Assembly: GCA_037132975.1 (NCBI GenBank)
Contig: JBAXOZ010000001.1
Location: 1-52,967, forward strand
Direction: 5' to 3'
Length of the DNA: 52,967 nt
Source of the DNA: Comamonadaceae bacterium
Lineage (GTDB): Bacteria; Pseudomonadota; Gammaproteobacteria; Burkholderiales; Burkholderiaceae_C
The notes beneath the pieces were generated by a model that was not told the DNA's origin, did not search any database, and was given only the letters and a program-made list of their open reading frames with translations. Positions within the stretch are counted from its first letter, which is position 1, and each line of letters opens with the position of its first letter. The position numbers were made by a program, and so were the translations under genes. Positions 19,837 to 31,317 of this stretch are shown one piece after another.

Positions 19837-20259
19837 ATGTCTTTTGGTCGCCTGGAACGCACACAGGGTTCGCAACCGATGAGCGAAATCAACGTGACGC
19901 CGCTGGTCGATGTGATGCTGGTGCTGGTGGTTATTTTCATCATCACGGCGCCGCTGCTGGCGAGTTCGATCAAGCTCGATTTGCCGCGCTCGGATGCGGC
20001 CAAGCCGGGGGAAGCGCCGAAGTTTGTCAGCCTGGTGGTGGACAAAGCGGGGCGCACGTTTCTGAATGACCAGCCCTTGGCGTTGCCCGAGCTGGCCAGA
20101 AATCTGGCCCAAACGGCAGCCAGCCGACCCGATACCGAGGTGCAACTGCGTGCTGACGCCTCTGTTCCCTATGGCAGGATCGTGGAAGTGATGGGTCTGG
20201 CACAAAAAGCAGGCCTGAACCGCATCGGTTTTGTCGCCGATCCGGTTGACAAACCCTAG
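19837..20259 (+). CDS. exbD: ExbD/TolR biopolymer transport protein
   Basis: [30 protein letters not shown]. Confidence 0.9.
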   Translation: MSFGRLERTQGSQPMSEINVTPLVDVMLVLVVIFIITAPLLASSIKLDLPRSDAAKPGEAPKFVSLVVDKAGRTFLNDQPLALPELARNLAQTAASRPDTEVQLRADASVPYGRIVEVMGLAQKAGLNRIGFVADPVDKP

Positions 20260-20302
20260 AATCGACGGACTGCGGTCCTTTGGCCGCTTGAGTGAACCCA
20301 AA

Positions 20303-22966
20303 ATGCAAGAAAAGTACCAGCACATCGAGGTCGAGAAGGCCGCGCAAGCCCACTGGAGCGCAGTGGACGCCTACCGCGTCACTGAAGATCCGGACAAGAA
20401 AAAGTATTACGCCTGTTCCATGCTGCCCTACCCCAGCGGCAAACTGCACATGGGCCACGTGCGAAACTACACCATCAACGACATGCTGACGCGCCAGCTG
20501 CGCATGAACGGCTACAACGTGTTGATGCCCATGGGTTGGGATGCCTTCGGTCTGCCGGCTGAAAATGCGGCGCTCAAGAATGGCGTGCCGCCAGCCAAGT
20601 GGACCTACGAGAACATCGCCTACATGAAGGGCCAGATGCAGGTGATGGGGCTGGCCATCGACTGGAGCCGCGAGGTCGCCACCTGCGACCCGAGTTATTA
20701 CCGATGGAACCAGTGGCTGTTCCTGAAGATGCTGGCCAAGGGCATCGCCTACCGCAAGACGCAGGTCGTGAACTGGGATCCGGTGGACCAGACCGTGCTG
20801 GCCAATGAGCAGGTGATCGATGGCAAGGGTTGGCGCACTGGCGCGGTGGTGGAAAAGCGCGAGATTCCAGGCTACTACCTGAAGATTACCGACTACGCGC
20901 AGGAGTTGCTCGAGCAGGTGCAGTCGGGCCTGCCGGGCTGGCCCGAGCGCGTCAAGCTGATGCAGGAGAACTGGATCGGCCGCAGCGAGGGCGTGCGTTT
21001 TGCGTTTCCGCACGAGATCCGGGACGCCACCGGCGCACTGATCGGCGACGGCAGGATGTACGTCTTCACAACCCGCCCGGACACCATCAAAGGCGTCACT
21101 TTTTGTGCGGTGGCACCGGAACATCCGCTGGCCGTCCATGCGGCGCAGGGCAACGCGCCACTGGCGGCCTTCATCGAGGAATGCAAAGCCGGCGGCACCA
21201 CCGAAGCGGAGTTGGCAACGCAGGAAAAAAAGGGGCTCGATACCGGTTTGCACGTGACGCACCCGCTAACCGGCGACGTTGTGCCACTGTGGGTTGGTAA
21301 TTACGTCCTGATGAGCTATGGCGACGGTGCCGTGATGGGTGTGCCGGCGCACGACGAGCGCGATTTTGAATTTGCCCGCAAGTACGGCCTGCCGATCAAG
21401 CAGGTGGTGCATGTGGACGGTGAGCACTACGACTACGAGCACTGGCAGGACTGGTACGCCGACAAGCAGCGCGGTGTGGTCATCAATTCCGGCAGTTTCA
21501 GCGGCATGTCGTTCACTCAGGCAGTAGATGCGGTCGCGCACAAGCTGGCCGGCAAGGGCCTGGGCGAGAAGAAAATCACCTGGCGCCTGCGCGATTGGGG
21601 CGTGAGTCGCCAGCGCTACTGGGGCACGCCGATTCCGATCATTCACTGTCCCGAGCATGGGGCGGTGCCGGTGCCCGAGAAGGATTTGCCGGTGGTGCTG
21701 CCACTGGACTGCGTGCCTGATGGTTCCGGCAACCCCTTGCACAAGCACGCCGGCTTTCACGCTGGCGTCGTTTGTCCGATCTGTGGCGCGGCGGCCCGGC
21801 GCGAGACCGACACCATGGACACCTTTGTCGATTCGAGCTGGTACTACATGCGCTATTGCGACCCCCGCAATGAGCAGGCGATGGTGGCCGATGGCGCCGC
21901 CTACTGGATGCCGATGGACCAGTACATTGGCGGCATCGAGCACGCCATCCTGCACCTGCTGTATGCGCGCTTCTGGACCAAGGTGATGCGCGATCTCGGA
22001 CTGGTCAAGGTCGATGAACCGTTTACCAAGCTGTTGACGCAGGGTATGGTGCTCAATCACATCTACTCGCGCAGAAACGAGAAGGGCGGCGTCGAGTACT
22101 TCTGGCCGGCTGAGGTGGAGGATATTCAAGACGCGGCGGGCAAGGTCACTGGTGCCCGGCTGAAAGAAGCCAAAGGCAACTTGCCGGCTGGCACGCTCAT
22201 AGCCTACGAAGGCGTGGGCACCATGAGCAAGTCCAAGAACAACGGTGTCGATCCGCAGGACCTGATCGAAAAATACGGAGCGGACACAGCGCGCCTGTAC
22301 ACCATGTTCACGGCGCCGCCCGAGGCCACCCTGGAGTGGAACGACGCTGCCGTCGAGGGCTCCTATCGTTTTCTGCGACGGCTCTGGAATTTTGGCGTCA
22401 AGCTGCACGGCGGTGGCACCGGCGTGCCGGTTCAGCACAAGTTGCAGGGCATCAGTTTTGGCAAAAGTGCCAAAGCCCTGCGGCGCGAAATCCATAGCGT
22501 GTTCAAGCAGGTCGATTACGACTACCAGCGCATGCAGTACAACACGGTTGTCTCTGGCGCCATGAAGATGCTCAATGCGCTCGAAGGCTTTCAGGATGAT
22601 GGTGCCAGCGGCAACCCGGTCGCGCTGCGTGAAGGCTTTGGCATCCTGCTGCGCGCCATTTACCCGGCAACACCGCACCTGACCTACGCCTTGTGGGTAG
22701 AGCTTGGCTACGCCGCCGACTATGGCGACCTGCTCGATGCGGCCTGGCCGGTAGCGGATGAAGCGGCTTTGCTGCAGGACGAAATGGAGCTGATGCTGCA
22801 GATCAACGGCAAGCTCAGAGGCTCGATCGTGGTGCCATCGACCGCGCCGCGTGAAGACATCGAGCGAGCGGCCATTGAGAGCGAGATTTTCCAGAAGCTC
22901 TCCGGTGGCGCAGCCATCCGCAAGATCGTGATCGTGGCCGGTCGTCTCGTCAACGTCGTCGTCTGA
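20303..22966 (+). CDS. leuS: leucine--tRNA ligase
   Basis: [11 protein letters not shown] (HIGH), TMSKS (KMSKS), editing domain TTRPDT and GVPAHD. Confidence 0.98.
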   Translation: MQEKYQHIEVEKAAQAHWSAVDAYRVTEDPDKKKYYACSMLPYPSGKLHMGHVRNYTINDMLTRQLRMNGYNVLMPMGWDAFGLPAENAALKNGVPPAKWTYENIAYMKGQMQVMGLAIDWSREVATCDPSYYRWNQWLFLKMLAKGIAYRKTQVVNWDPVDQTVLANEQVIDGKGWRTGAVVEKREIPGYYLKITDYAQELLEQVQSGLPGWPERVKLMQENWIGRSEGVRFAFPHEIRDATGALIGDGRMYVFTTRPDTIKGVTFCAVAPEHPLAVHAAQGNAPLAAFIEECKAGGTTEAELATQEKKGLDTGLHVTHPLTGDVVPLWVGNYVLMSYGDGAVMGVPAHDERDFEFARKYGLPIKQVVHVDGEHYDYEHWQDWYADKQRGVVINSGSFSGMSFTQAVDAVAHKLAGKGLGEKKITWRLRDWGVSRQRYWGTPIPIIHCPEHGAVPVPEKDLPVVLPLDCVPDGSGNPLHKHAGFHAGVVCPICGAAARRETDTMDTFVDSSWYYMRYCDPRNEQAMVADGAAYWMPMDQYIGGIEHAILHLLYARFWTKVMRDLGLVKVDEPFTKLLTQGMVLNHIYSRRNEKGGVEYFWPAEVEDIQDAAGKVTGARLKEAKGNLPAGTLIAYEGVGTMSKSKNNGVDPQDLIEKYGADTARLYTMFTAPPEATLEWNDAAVEGSYRFLRRLWNFGVKLHGGGTGVPVQHKLQGISFGKSAKALRREIHSVFKQVDYDYQRMQYNTVVSGAMKMLNALEGFQDDGASGNPVALREGFGILLRAIYPATPHLTYALWVELGYAADYGDLLDAAWPVADEAALLQDEMELMLQINGKLRGSIVVPSTAPREDIERAAIESEIFQKLSGGAAIRKIVIVAGRLVNVVV

Positions 22967-22977
22967 AGCAGCTTGCC

Positions 22978-23493
22978 ATGAATCGTCGCAGCGCGCTGGT
23001 AGGGATGTACAGACTGGGCAGTAGCGGCTTGGTTGCGCTGGCGCTGACGGCTTGCGGTTTCAAGCTGCGCGCCTCGCAGGAGTTCGCCTTCTCTTCGCTG
23101 GCCATAACGCCCCAGCCAGGCGGGCCGCTGGCCATCGAGTTGCGGCGCTCCTTTGGCAGCGCGGTACGCGTCCTGCGGCCCGAGGAAGCCTTGGATCAGG
23201 CGCAGCTTGTGCTCGAAATTCTGCAGGAGCAGCGCGAGAAGATCGTGGTGGGCGTCAACAGTTCGGGCCAGGTGCGTGAATTCCAGCTGCGCATTCGACT
23301 CAAATTCAGGGTCCGCAACGCACAGGGGCAGGAACTGGTGGCGCCGGTCGAGATCGTGCAGCAGCGCGACATCAGCTTCAACGAATCAGCCGTGCTGGCC
23401 AAGGAGGCCGAAGAAGTCCTGCTGTACCGCGATATGCAAAGCGATATCGTGCAGCAGTTGCTGCGGCGACTGGCGGCAGTGCGGCCCGTCTGA
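22978..23493 (+). CDS. lptE: LPS assembly lipoprotein LptE
   Basis: LTACGFKLR lipobox; leuS-lptE-holA synteny. Confidence 0.9.
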   Translation: MNRRSALVGMYRLGSSGLVALALTACGFKLRASQEFAFSSLAITPQPGGPLAIELRRSFGSAVRVLRPEEALDQAQLVLEILQEQREKIVVGVNSSGQVREFQLRIRLKFRVRNAQGQELVAPVEIVQQRDISFNESAVLAKEAEEVLLYRDMQSDIVQQLLRRLAAVRPV

Positions 23494-23524
23494 AATTTGT
23501 GTTTTATTCTCTTTATTGGGATCT

Positions 23525-23805
23525 TTCCCCCACTCACTCCCCCCCGCCCCTCTCTCGCCCCGCCGGGCGAAAGAGGGGAGCTTCATGTGGCCGCGTCTGT
23601 GAAGCAGCCACGTTCCACTTCACGTTTTTGATTTCTGGTACTCGTGCCCTTGTTGGCACTTCGATGTTTCCATGTCTGTTGGCCGGGTCTGGCAAGAGTC
23701 TACTCAGCGTGTACTTCCCTTGTTCAAACACGAGGCCAGATAGGGCTGTTGGCTCCCTCTTCCGCCCGGCGGGGCGGGAGAGGGCGGGGGGAGTGAGTGG
23801 GGGAG
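23525..23805. repeat. ~55-bp G/C-run inverted repeats flanking a ~170-bp spacer (MITE/REP-like)
   Basis: Left arm 23525-23581 (cccccactcactccccccc...gaggggagc) is nearly the reverse complement of right arm 23752-23805. Confidence 0.85.
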
Positions 23806-23811
23806 AAAAAA

Positions 23812-24918
23812 ATGCAACTTAGCCCTAACCAGCTCCAAACCCATCTGCAAAAAGGCCTGAAAAGCCTCTACACCCTGCATGGTGACGAGCCGCTGTTGAT
23901 CCAGGAGGCGGCTGACGCGATCCGTGCGGTGGCGCGCAGCCAGGGCTTTACCGAGCGCAGTTCGCATACGGTCAGCGGCACACGTTTCGACTGGAGCGCG
24001 GTGCTGGCGGCAGGGGGCTCGATGAGCCTTTTTTCCGAGAAACAGTTGCTGGAACTGCGGATTCCTTCGGGTAAACCGGGCAAGGACGGTGCGCAAGCCG
24101 TCACGGAACTGGCGCAGCGCTCGCGTGGTGCGGATGACACGCTCACCCTGATCCTGCTGCCACGCCTGGACAAGGCGACCCAGAGCAGCGCCTGGTTTGG
24201 CGCGCTCGATAGTCTGGGGGTGACGCTGCAGGTCGAGTCGGTCGGGCGCAATGCTTTGCCGCAGTGGATCGCGCAGCGGCTGGCAGCGCAGGACCAGCGT
24301 GTGCTTGCTGGGGAAGAGGGGCAACGCACCCTGCAATTTTTTGCCGACCGGGTGGAGGGTAATCTGCTGGCCGCGCACCAGGAGATCCAGAAGCTGGCCT
24401 TGTTGTTTGCGCCAGGCGAGCTGAGTTTCGAGCAGGTCGAGAGTGCGGTACTGAATGTCGCGCGCTACGATGTTTTCAAGCTGTCGGAGGTCGTGCTGGC
24501 GGGCCAGAGCCGGCGCGTCGCTCGCATGCTCGAAGGATTGCAGGCCGAGGGCGAGGCCGAAGTGCTGGTGCACTACACCTTGAGCGAAGACATTCGCGCT
24601 CTCAAACGGGTCAAGGACGCCGTGAGCGCCGGGCGGCCGCTACCGCTGGCCCTGCGCGAGCAGCGTGTCTGGGGTGTCAAGGAACGCCTGTTTGAGCGTG
24701 TGCTGCCAAGGCTGAGTGATGCCACGCTGGCGCAATGGCTGCAGGCCGCGCATCAGGTGGACGGCATCATCAAGGGTCTGAAACGCGCCGATTGGCCGCT
24801 GGACAACTGGCAGGCCTTGCAGCGCCTGGCGTTGCTGGTGTGCCGCGAATGTCAACTGCAGCCGACGGCGCAGCGCGGGCGCCAGGCGGCGCTGTCTCAT
24901 GAGAGAATGAAAGCATGA
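23812..24918 (+). CDS. holA: DNA polymerase III subunit delta
   Basis: [29 protein letters not shown]; conserved synteny after lptE. Confidence 0.93.
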   Translation: MQLSPNQLQTHLQKGLKSLYTLHGDEPLLIQEAADAIRAVARSQGFTERSSHTVSGTRFDWSAVLAAGGSMSLFSEKQLLELRIPSGKPGKDGAQAVTELAQRSRGADDTLTLILLPRLDKATQSSAWFGALDSLGVTLQVESVGRNALPQWIAQRLAAQDQRVLAGEEGQRTLQFFADRVEGNLLAAHQEIQKLALLFAPGELSFEQVESAVLNVARYDVFKLSEVVLAGQSRRVARMLEGLQAEGEAEVLVHYTLSEDIRALKRVKDAVSAGRPLPLALREQRVWGVKERLFERVLPRLSDATLAQWLQAAHQVDGIIKGLKRADWPLDNWQALQRLALLVCRECQLQPTAQRGRQAALSHERMKA

Positions 24919-26195
24919 CGGTGCTCAACATTTCGGACTACAGCCAGGAGCTTGGTGGCAAGGCAAGAGCAGCCTCTGTGCAGATGGCCAGGATGCCTGC
25001 AGCGAGCAAGAACAGGGCCTTGCGCCGCTTGGCTGAACTCTTGCGATCCAACCTGCCGATGCTGCAGGTCGAGAACGCCCGCGACCTCGAGCGTGCTCAG
25101 GCAGCAGGTCTGGCCGCGCCGCTGGTAGATCGACTCCGCTTGGGTGCCAAAGATGTCGAAACCTGTTCGCAGGGCTGTGAACAACTTGCGGCGATGCCCG
25201 ATGTGATCGGAGAAATCATCGGCATGAAGCAGCAGCCCAGCGGTATCCGGGTTGGCCAGATGCGGGTGGCTATCGGTGTTTTTGCCATGATTTTCGAGAG
25301 TCGCCCGAATGTCACGATCGAGGCCGCCAGCCTGTCGATCAAGAGCGGCAATGCCTGCATCCTGCGCGGCGGCTCCGAAGCCATTGACTCCAACAAGGCG
25401 CTGGCCTGTCTGGTGCAACAGGCGCTGCTCGACAGTGGCCTGCCAGGCGATGCCGTGCAACTGGTGCAAACCACCGATCGGGCGGTGGTGGATCAACTGA
25501 TCAGTCTGCCGCAGTACATTGACCTCATCATTCCGCGCGGCGGCAAGGGTTTGATCGAGCATATCAGCCGCTTGGCCCGGGTGCCGGTCATCAAGCACCT
25601 GGATGGTAACTGTCATGTCTATGTCGACGACCCCTGCGATCTGGAGATGGCCGTGCGTGTGGTTGACAACGCCAAGACGCAAAAATACAGCCCCTGCAAC
25701 GCGATGGAAAGCCTGTTGGTGGCGCGCGCCGTGGCCGCCCAGTTTTTACCCCGGATCGGGGCTGTGTTTGCCGCCAAAGGCGTACAGATGCGCTGCGATC
25801 AGGAAAGTATGGCCCTGCTTGCCACATTGGCGGGCGCGGACCGGCAAGCGGCCTGCGATCAGGACTGGTACCAGGAATATCTGGCGCCCGTGGTCAGCAT
25901 CAAGCTGGTCGATGGAGTGGAGCAGGCCATCTGCCATATCAACCAGTATTCGTCGCACCATACCGATGCCATCATCACCCGTGACCACATGCATGCCCAG
26001 AGCTTTTTGCAACAAGTCGATTCGGCCAGTGTCATGGTGAACGCCAGCACCCGTTTTGCCGACGGCTTTGAGTACGGGCTGGGTGCCGAAATCGGCATCA
26101 GCACCGACAAGTTTCACGCCCGCGGCCCGGTCGGCATCGAGGGCTTGACATCACTGAAGTACGTGGTGCTGGGAAATGGTGAGTTGCGCGCCTGA
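24915..26195 (+). CDS. proA: glutamate-5-semialdehyde dehydrogenase
   Basis: [42 protein letters not shown]. Confidence 0.96.
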   Translation: MTVLNISDYSQELGGKARAASVQMARMPAASKNRALRRLAELLRSNLPMLQVENARDLERAQAAGLAAPLVDRLRLGAKDVETCSQGCEQLAAMPDVIGEIIGMKQQPSGIRVGQMRVAIGVFAMIFESRPNVTIEAASLSIKSGNACILRGGSEAIDSNKALACLVQQALLDSGLPGDAVQLVQTTDRAVVDQLISLPQYIDLIIPRGGKGLIEHISRLARVPVIKHLDGNCHVYVDDPCDLEMAVRVVDNAKTQKYSPCNAMESLLVARAVAAQFLPRIGAVFAAKGVQMRCDQESMALLATLAGADRQAACDQDWYQEYLAPVVSIKLVDGVEQAICHINQYSSHHTDAIITRDHMHAQSFLQQVDSASVMVNASTRFADGFEYGLGAEIGISTDKFHARGPVGIEGLTSLKYVVLGNGELRA

Positions 26196-26268
26196 GCGCT
26201 GGCAGCGATGGGTCCAGATTCCCTAAAATCCAGGCAGAATTCCCCAATAAAATTACCCCGAGGACCGT

Positions 26269-27564
26269 ATGGTTCCACATCTCGTCACCGCACTTACCGG
26301 ACCCATCAATGAACTCGAGCAACGCGTGCTCGATTCCATGCCAGCCATCGAACGCTGGTTTCGTCTTGAATGGATGGAACACACACCGCCGTTTTACAGC
26401 TCGGTTGACGTGCGCAATGCCGGCTTCAAGCTGGCGCCGGTAGCGACCAATCTGTTTCCTGACGGCTGGCAGCATCTGACCCAGGAAATGATGCCCTTGG
26501 CGGTGCAGGCGGCCATGGCGGCGATCGAAAAGATTTGCCCTGAAGCGCGCAACCTGCTGCTGATTCCAGAGAACCGCTCGACCAGTACTTCCTACCTGTC
26601 GAGTCTGGCCCAGTTGCGGCGCATTTTTTACATGGCCGGCCTGAATGTGCGCATGGGTTCCATCGATCCCGCCATCAAGAAGACGACGGCCTTTAAGCTT
26701 GAGAACGGCGAGACTGTGACGCTCGAACCGGTCCTTCGCGGCAAGCGGCGCCTGGGCGTGAAGGATTTTGACCCCTGCACGATTCTGCTCAACACCGATC
26801 TGGCTGCCGGCGTGCCCGGCATTTTGGAAGAAATTCACGAGCAATACCTGCTGCCGCCCTTGCACGCGGGCTGGAGCACGCGGCGCAAGAGCAAACATTT
26901 CAAGTGCTACGAAGAGGTGGCCAAACGCATGGGCAAGTTGCTCGGCGTCGATCCCTGGCTGATCAACCCGATGTTCGACAAATGCGTTGGCGTCGATCTG
27001 CTGCAGGACCCGGGCCTGGAGAGTCTGGCCAGCCAGGCCGATGCGCTGCTGGCCAAGATCCGGCGCAAATACAAGGAATATGGCATCAAGGAAAAGCCCT
27101 TTATCGTCGTCAAGACGGACGACGCGGCGCCCGGCATGGGCGTTGTGATTGTTCGTGATGCCAAGGAGTTGCCGGCACTGAGCCTGACCGTGCAAGGCCG
27201 GATGGTCGCTGGCAAGGTGCTTGCGCCAAGCCACGATGTACTGCTGCAGGAAGGCGTATTGACGAAAGAGCGAATCAACGACGCGGTGGCCGAGCCCGTC
27301 GTGTTCATGATGGACCGCTACGTGGTGGGCGGCTTTTACCGCATTCATCCGGATACCGGCGTCGACGAGAATCTGAATTTGCCGGGATCAAGCTTTGTAC
27401 CGCTGGCCTTCGAGCACAGCACGCACCTGCCGCAGCCCGGCAGCAAGCCTGGCGCCAGTGCCCCGAATCGCTTTTACATGTATGGCGTGGTGGCGCGCCT
27501 GGCCATGCTGGCCGCCAGCTATGAACTCGAAGCCACCGACCCGGATGCCGAGGTCTATGCGTAG
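26269..27564 (+). CDS. gshA: glutamate--cysteine ligase (betaproteobacterial type)
   Basis: MVPHL, PPFYSSVDVRNAGFKLAPV, EPVVFMMDRYVVGGFYR, NRFYMYGVVARLA; gshB nearby. Confidence 0.9.
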   Translation: MVPHLVTALTGPINELEQRVLDSMPAIERWFRLEWMEHTPPFYSSVDVRNAGFKLAPVATNLFPDGWQHLTQEMMPLAVQAAMAAIEKICPEARNLLLIPENRSTSTSYLSSLAQLRRIFYMAGLNVRMGSIDPAIKKTTAFKLENGETVTLEPVLRGKRRLGVKDFDPCTILLNTDLAAGVPGILEEIHEQYLLPPLHAGWSTRRKSKHFKCYEEVAKRMGKLLGVDPWLINPMFDKCVGVDLLQDPGLESLASQADALLAKIRRKYKEYGIKEKPFIVVKTDDAAPGMGVVIVRDAKELPALSLTVQGRMVAGKVLAPSHDVLLQEGVLTKERINDAVAEPVVFMMDRYVVGGFYRIHPDTGVDENLNLPGSSFVPLAFEHSTHLPQPGSKPGASAPNRFYMYGVVARLAMLAASYELEATDPDAEVYA

Positions 27565-27603
27565 GCGCTGCGCCGCCGGTTTGCCGATCAGGATGGAATA
27601 AAA

Positions 27604-29472
27604 GTGGCAGCGTCCAAGTCTTCCCTGAGCGCGCTCACACTGGGCGCGATCGGCGTCGTTTACGGCGACATCGGTACCAGTGTGCTGTACGCGGTGAAAG
27701 AGGTCTTTGGCTCCGGCCACGTGCCGTTCACTACCGACAATATTTACGGCATCCTGTCGATCTTTTTCTGGACCCTGTCGGTCATTGTCTCGATCAAGTA
27801 CGTGGTGCTGGTGCTGCGCGCCGACAACAATGGCGAGGGTGGTCTGGTGGCCATGCTGGCGCTGGCCTCGCAGTCGGTCAAGGACAGGCCGCAATTGCGG
27901 CGGGTGCTGCTGCTGGTCGGCATTTTCGGCACCTGCCTTTTTTATGGCGACGGTGTCATCACGCCGGCGATCACGGTGCTCGGTGCGGTCGAAGGTCTGG
28001 AGGTGGTCTCGCCTGCCTTCAAGAAGTACCTGGTACCGCTGGCCATCCTGATTCTGCTGGGTCTGTTCATGGTGCAAAAACGCGGCACCGCCAGCATCGG
28101 TCGCTTCTTTGGCCCGGTCATGGTGGTCTGGTTTCTGATCATTGCCTTGTTGGGGGTGGTCAATATTGCTTCCGGACCCGAAATACTGTGGGCCCTGAGT
28201 CCGCATTACGCGCTGGGCTTTGTCTTTCATAACCCGACCATTGCCTTTGTCATTCTGGGGGCAGTGGTGCTGTGCGTCACCGGCGCCGAGGCGCTGTACG
28301 CCGACATGGGTCATTTTGGCAAGAAGCCGATTCGTCTGGCCTGGTTTGCCGTGGCCATGCCGGCGCTGACGCTCAACTACTTTGGTCAGGGCGCCTTGCT
28401 GCTGAGCAACCCGGCGGCGGTCAAGAACCCTTTCTTCATGATGGCGCCGGACTGGGCTTTGCTGCCCTTGGTGGGGCTGGCCACCCTGGCCGCGGTGATT
28501 GCATCGCAGGCATTGATTTCGGGCGCCTTTTCGGTCACCAAGCAGGTCATTCAGCTCGGTTACCTGCCACGTTTGCAGGTGCAGCACACCAGCGTCAAGG
28601 ACACCGGGCAGATTTACCTTCCGTTTGTCAACTGGGGCCTGTTCGTGGCGATCGTGCTGGCGGTGGTCATGTTCAAATCCTCCAGTAACCTGGCGGCAGC
28701 CTACGGCATTGCAGTCTGCACCGACATGCTGATCACCACCATCCTGACCTTCTTCGTGATTCGCTACAGCTGGCACTACCCCCTGGCGCTGTGTCTTGGC
28801 GCCACCAGTTTCTTTTTGCTGGTAGATCTGGCGTTCTGGGCTTCCAATCTGCTCAAGCTCTTTGATGGCGGCTGGTTCCCTTTGGCGATTGGTGGCGCGA
28901 TTTTCACGCTGATGATGACCTGGAAGGACGGCCGACGTCTGCTCAACCAGAAGCTGCAAGCTGACGCCATTGACCTGCATAGTTTTCTGGAAGCGGTGTT
29001 TGTCAGTCCGCCGCTGCGGGTGGACGGGACGGCCGTATTCCTTACCGCGGCTCCTGGCACCGTGCCCAATGCCATGCTGCACAACCTCAAGCACAACAAG
29101 GTGCTGCACCAGAACAATCTGTTCGTGACCGTGCGCAACCACGAAGTGCCGTGGATCGGACTGGACAAGCGCGTCGAGATCGAATCGCTGGGCCACGACT
29201 GCTGGCAGGTCGTGATTCACTATGGGTTCAAGAACGACCCGGATATTCCCAAGGCGCTGCAGCAGATCAAGGGTCATGGCTGTGAACTTGACAGCATGAC
29301 CACCAGCTATTTCCTGTCGCGCGACACCGTCGTTCCGACCATCGACAGCGGCATGGCGCAGTGGCGTGAGAAGTTGTTCTCGCAGATGCATCACAACGCC
29401 AGCGCGGCGGCCGACTTTCTCAAGCTGCCCAACAACGCGGTGGTCGAACTGGGCTCGAAGATCGAAATATGA
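27604..29472 (+). CDS. kup: potassium transporter Kup
   Basis: [37 protein letters not shown]. Confidence 0.96.
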   Translation: MAASKSSLSALTLGAIGVVYGDIGTSVLYAVKEVFGSGHVPFTTDNIYGILSIFFWTLSVIVSIKYVVLVLRADNNGEGGLVAMLALASQSVKDRPQLRRVLLLVGIFGTCLFYGDGVITPAITVLGAVEGLEVVSPAFKKYLVPLAILILLGLFMVQKRGTASIGRFFGPVMVVWFLIIALLGVVNIASGPEILWALSPHYALGFVFHNPTIAFVILGAVVLCVTGAEALYADMGHFGKKPIRLAWFAVAMPALTLNYFGQGALLLSNPAAVKNPFFMMAPDWALLPLVGLATLAAVIASQALISGAFSVTKQVIQLGYLPRLQVQHTSVKDTGQIYLPFVNWGLFVAIVLAVVMFKSSSNLAAAYGIAVCTDMLITTILTFFVIRYSWHYPLALCLGATSFFLLVDLAFWASNLLKLFDGGWFPLAIGGAIFTLMMTWKDGRRLLNQKLQADAIDLHSFLEAVFVSPPLRVDGTAVFLTAAPGTVPNAMLHNLKHNKVLHQNNLFVTVRNHEVPWIGLDKRVEIESLGHDCWQVVIHYGFKNDPDIPKALQQIKGHGCELDSMTTSYFLSRDTVVPTIDSGMAQWREKLFSQMHHNASAAADFLKLPNNAVVELGSKIEI

Positions 29473-30416
29473 ACCTCCTTTTTGTTGCCGATCCCCTGTC
29501 CTCCTTCAAGATTTACAAGGACACCACCTTCGCCATGATGCGAGCGGCGCAGTCGCGTGGCCATCAGATCTCGGTTTGCGAGCCGCAGCAAATTTCCTGG
29601 CTCTGCGGCGGCTTGGTGCAGGCGCACGGCAGCAGCATCCGACTGACCGGTGAGGCCGACGCCTGGTACCAGACGCAGAGCCAGTGGCTGCGTCCCTTGC
29701 GTGAGTTCGACGCCATCGTGATGCGCAAGGACCCGCCGTTTGACAGCGAGTTTTTCTACGCTACCCATCTGCTGGAGCAGGCCGAGCGCGAGGGGGCACG
29801 GGTTTTCAACAAGCCGCGTGCCTTGCGCGACCACCCTGAAAAGCTGGCGATTCTGGAGTTTCCGCAGTTCATCGGTCCGACCCTGGTGACACGCTCGGCG
29901 CAGGACGTCAGGCGTTTTCACGCGCAGCATCAGGACATCATCCTCAAACCGCTCGATGGCATGGGCGGCATGGGCATTTTCCGTGTTCGCCAGGACGGCC
30001 TCAACCTCGGCGCCATCATCGAGACGCTGAACAAAGAGGGCGCACAGACGCTGATGGTGCAGAAGTTTCTGCCGGCCATTGCGCAGGGCGACAAGCGCGT
30101 GCTGGTGATTGGAGGCAAGCCGGTGCCCTTCAGCTTGGCACGCATTCCGCAGGGTGGCGAGGTGCGCGGTAACCTGGCTGCCGGCGGCAAGGGGGTTGCT
30201 CAGCCACTGAGTGAGCGTGACCGTTTCATCGCCGAGTCCCTGGGGCCGGTGCTCGCTGCGCGGGGCTTGCTGCTGGTCGGGCTCGATGTGATTGGTGACA
30301 GTCTGACCGAGATCAATGTCACCAGCCCGACCTGTTTCCAGGAAATTTTTGATCAGACCGGCTTTGATGTGGCAGCCATGTTCATGGATGCCCTGGAGCT
30401 TTCGCTCAAGCCCTGA
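29469..30416 (+). CDS. gshB: glutathione synthetase
   Basis: [36 protein letters not shown]. Confidence 0.96.
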   Translation: MNLLFVADPLSSFKIYKDTTFAMMRAAQSRGHQISVCEPQQISWLCGGLVQAHGSSIRLTGEADAWYQTQSQWLRPLREFDAIVMRKDPPFDSEFFYATHLLEQAEREGARVFNKPRALRDHPEKLAILEFPQFIGPTLVTRSAQDVRRFHAQHQDIILKPLDGMGGMGIFRVRQDGLNLGAIIETLNKEGAQTLMVQKFLPAIAQGDKRVLVIGGKPVPFSLARIPQGGEVRGNLAAGGKGVAQPLSERDRFIAESLGPVLAARGLLLVGLDVIGDSLTEINVTSPTCFQEIFDQTGFDVAAMFMDALELSLKP

Positions 30417-31233
30417 GCGGCACCGGCTGCGTGCAGCAGCTGCAGGGCGCGCGTGCGCCGTCAACAAACACCTGCAACTCGCCAGGCTTCATGGCAATCC
30501 ATTCTTCATTGGTTGTCAGCGGCTCGGTGACGATGATGGCAAGTCGGTCATCCGGTCCGTTCAGATCGGCCAGATCGACGCTGACATCATCGTCCTTCAG
30601 ATGCACTTGCGTGAACGGGTGCTGGCGCAGCACGTAATGCAACTGCGTGCTGGCGTGCGCCCACAGGGCCTGGCCGTTGCTGAGCAAAAAATTGAAGGTG
30701 CCATGGCGGGCGATTTGCGGCACCAACTCAGCCAGCGTGCAGGTCAGCTCGGCCACACTCGGAACGCCAGCATGCGACTTGGCCAGTTCCTGCAGCAGCC
30801 AGCAAAAGGCCAGCTCACTGTCGGTGTTGCCAACCGGTCTGAAACTGCCGTGCAGCGTCGGCTTGTAGTCCTTGAGGTCACCGTTGTGTGCAAAGACCCA
30901 GTAGCGTCCCCACAACTCGCGCACAAAGGGATGGCAGTTCTCCAGTGAGATAGCGCCTATGGTTGCCTTGCGCACGTGCGCCACCACGTTGTGGCTCTTG
31001 ATCGGGTAGGTGCGCAGCATGCTGGCCATCGGCGAGGTCGAGGCGCCTTGCTTGTCGACGAAGTAGCGCACGCCTTTGCCGGGTTGATCGGGTGTGGCCT
31101 CCTCGCTTTCAAAGAAGGCGATGCCCCAGCCGTCAGCGTGGTGATCGGTGCAGCCGCCGCGCTGCGAAAACCCGGTAAAACTCAGGGTCAAGCTGGCGGG
31201 CAGGCGGCTGTTCATTCCAAGCAATTGGCACAT
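30406..31233 (-). CDS. class II glutamine amidotransferase (YafJ/EgtC/Dug3-like)
   Basis: N-terminal MC nucleophile, HADGWG, HVRKAT, NCHPF, FAHNG, TDSE, TEPLT. Confidence 0.9.
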   Translation of the reverse strand: MCQLLGMNSRLPASLTLSFTGFSQRGGCTDHHADGWGIAFFESEEATPDQPGKGVRYFVDKQGASTSPMASMLRTYPIKSHNVVAHVRKATIGAISLENCHPFVRELWGRYWVFAHNGDLKDYKPTLHGSFRPVGNTDSELAFCWLLQELAKSHAGVPSVAELTCTLAELVPQIARHGTFNFLLSNGQALWAHASTQLHYVLRQHPFTQVHLKDDDVSVDLADLNGPDDRLAIIVTEPLTTNEEWIAMKPGELQVFVDGARAPCSCCTQPVPLRA

Positions 31234-31317
31234 GCTGCAAGTTTAGCGTCTCGGCCCCGGGGGCAGCAGTGGTTTTTTGGCTCACAATGTTGAGCATGAC
31301 AGGGCCAAGTCCCAGGA

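Noticed and set aside
23499-23822. Small ORFs within the lptE-holA spacer
   Set aside because: They run through the repeat arms and lack an RBS and any family motif.
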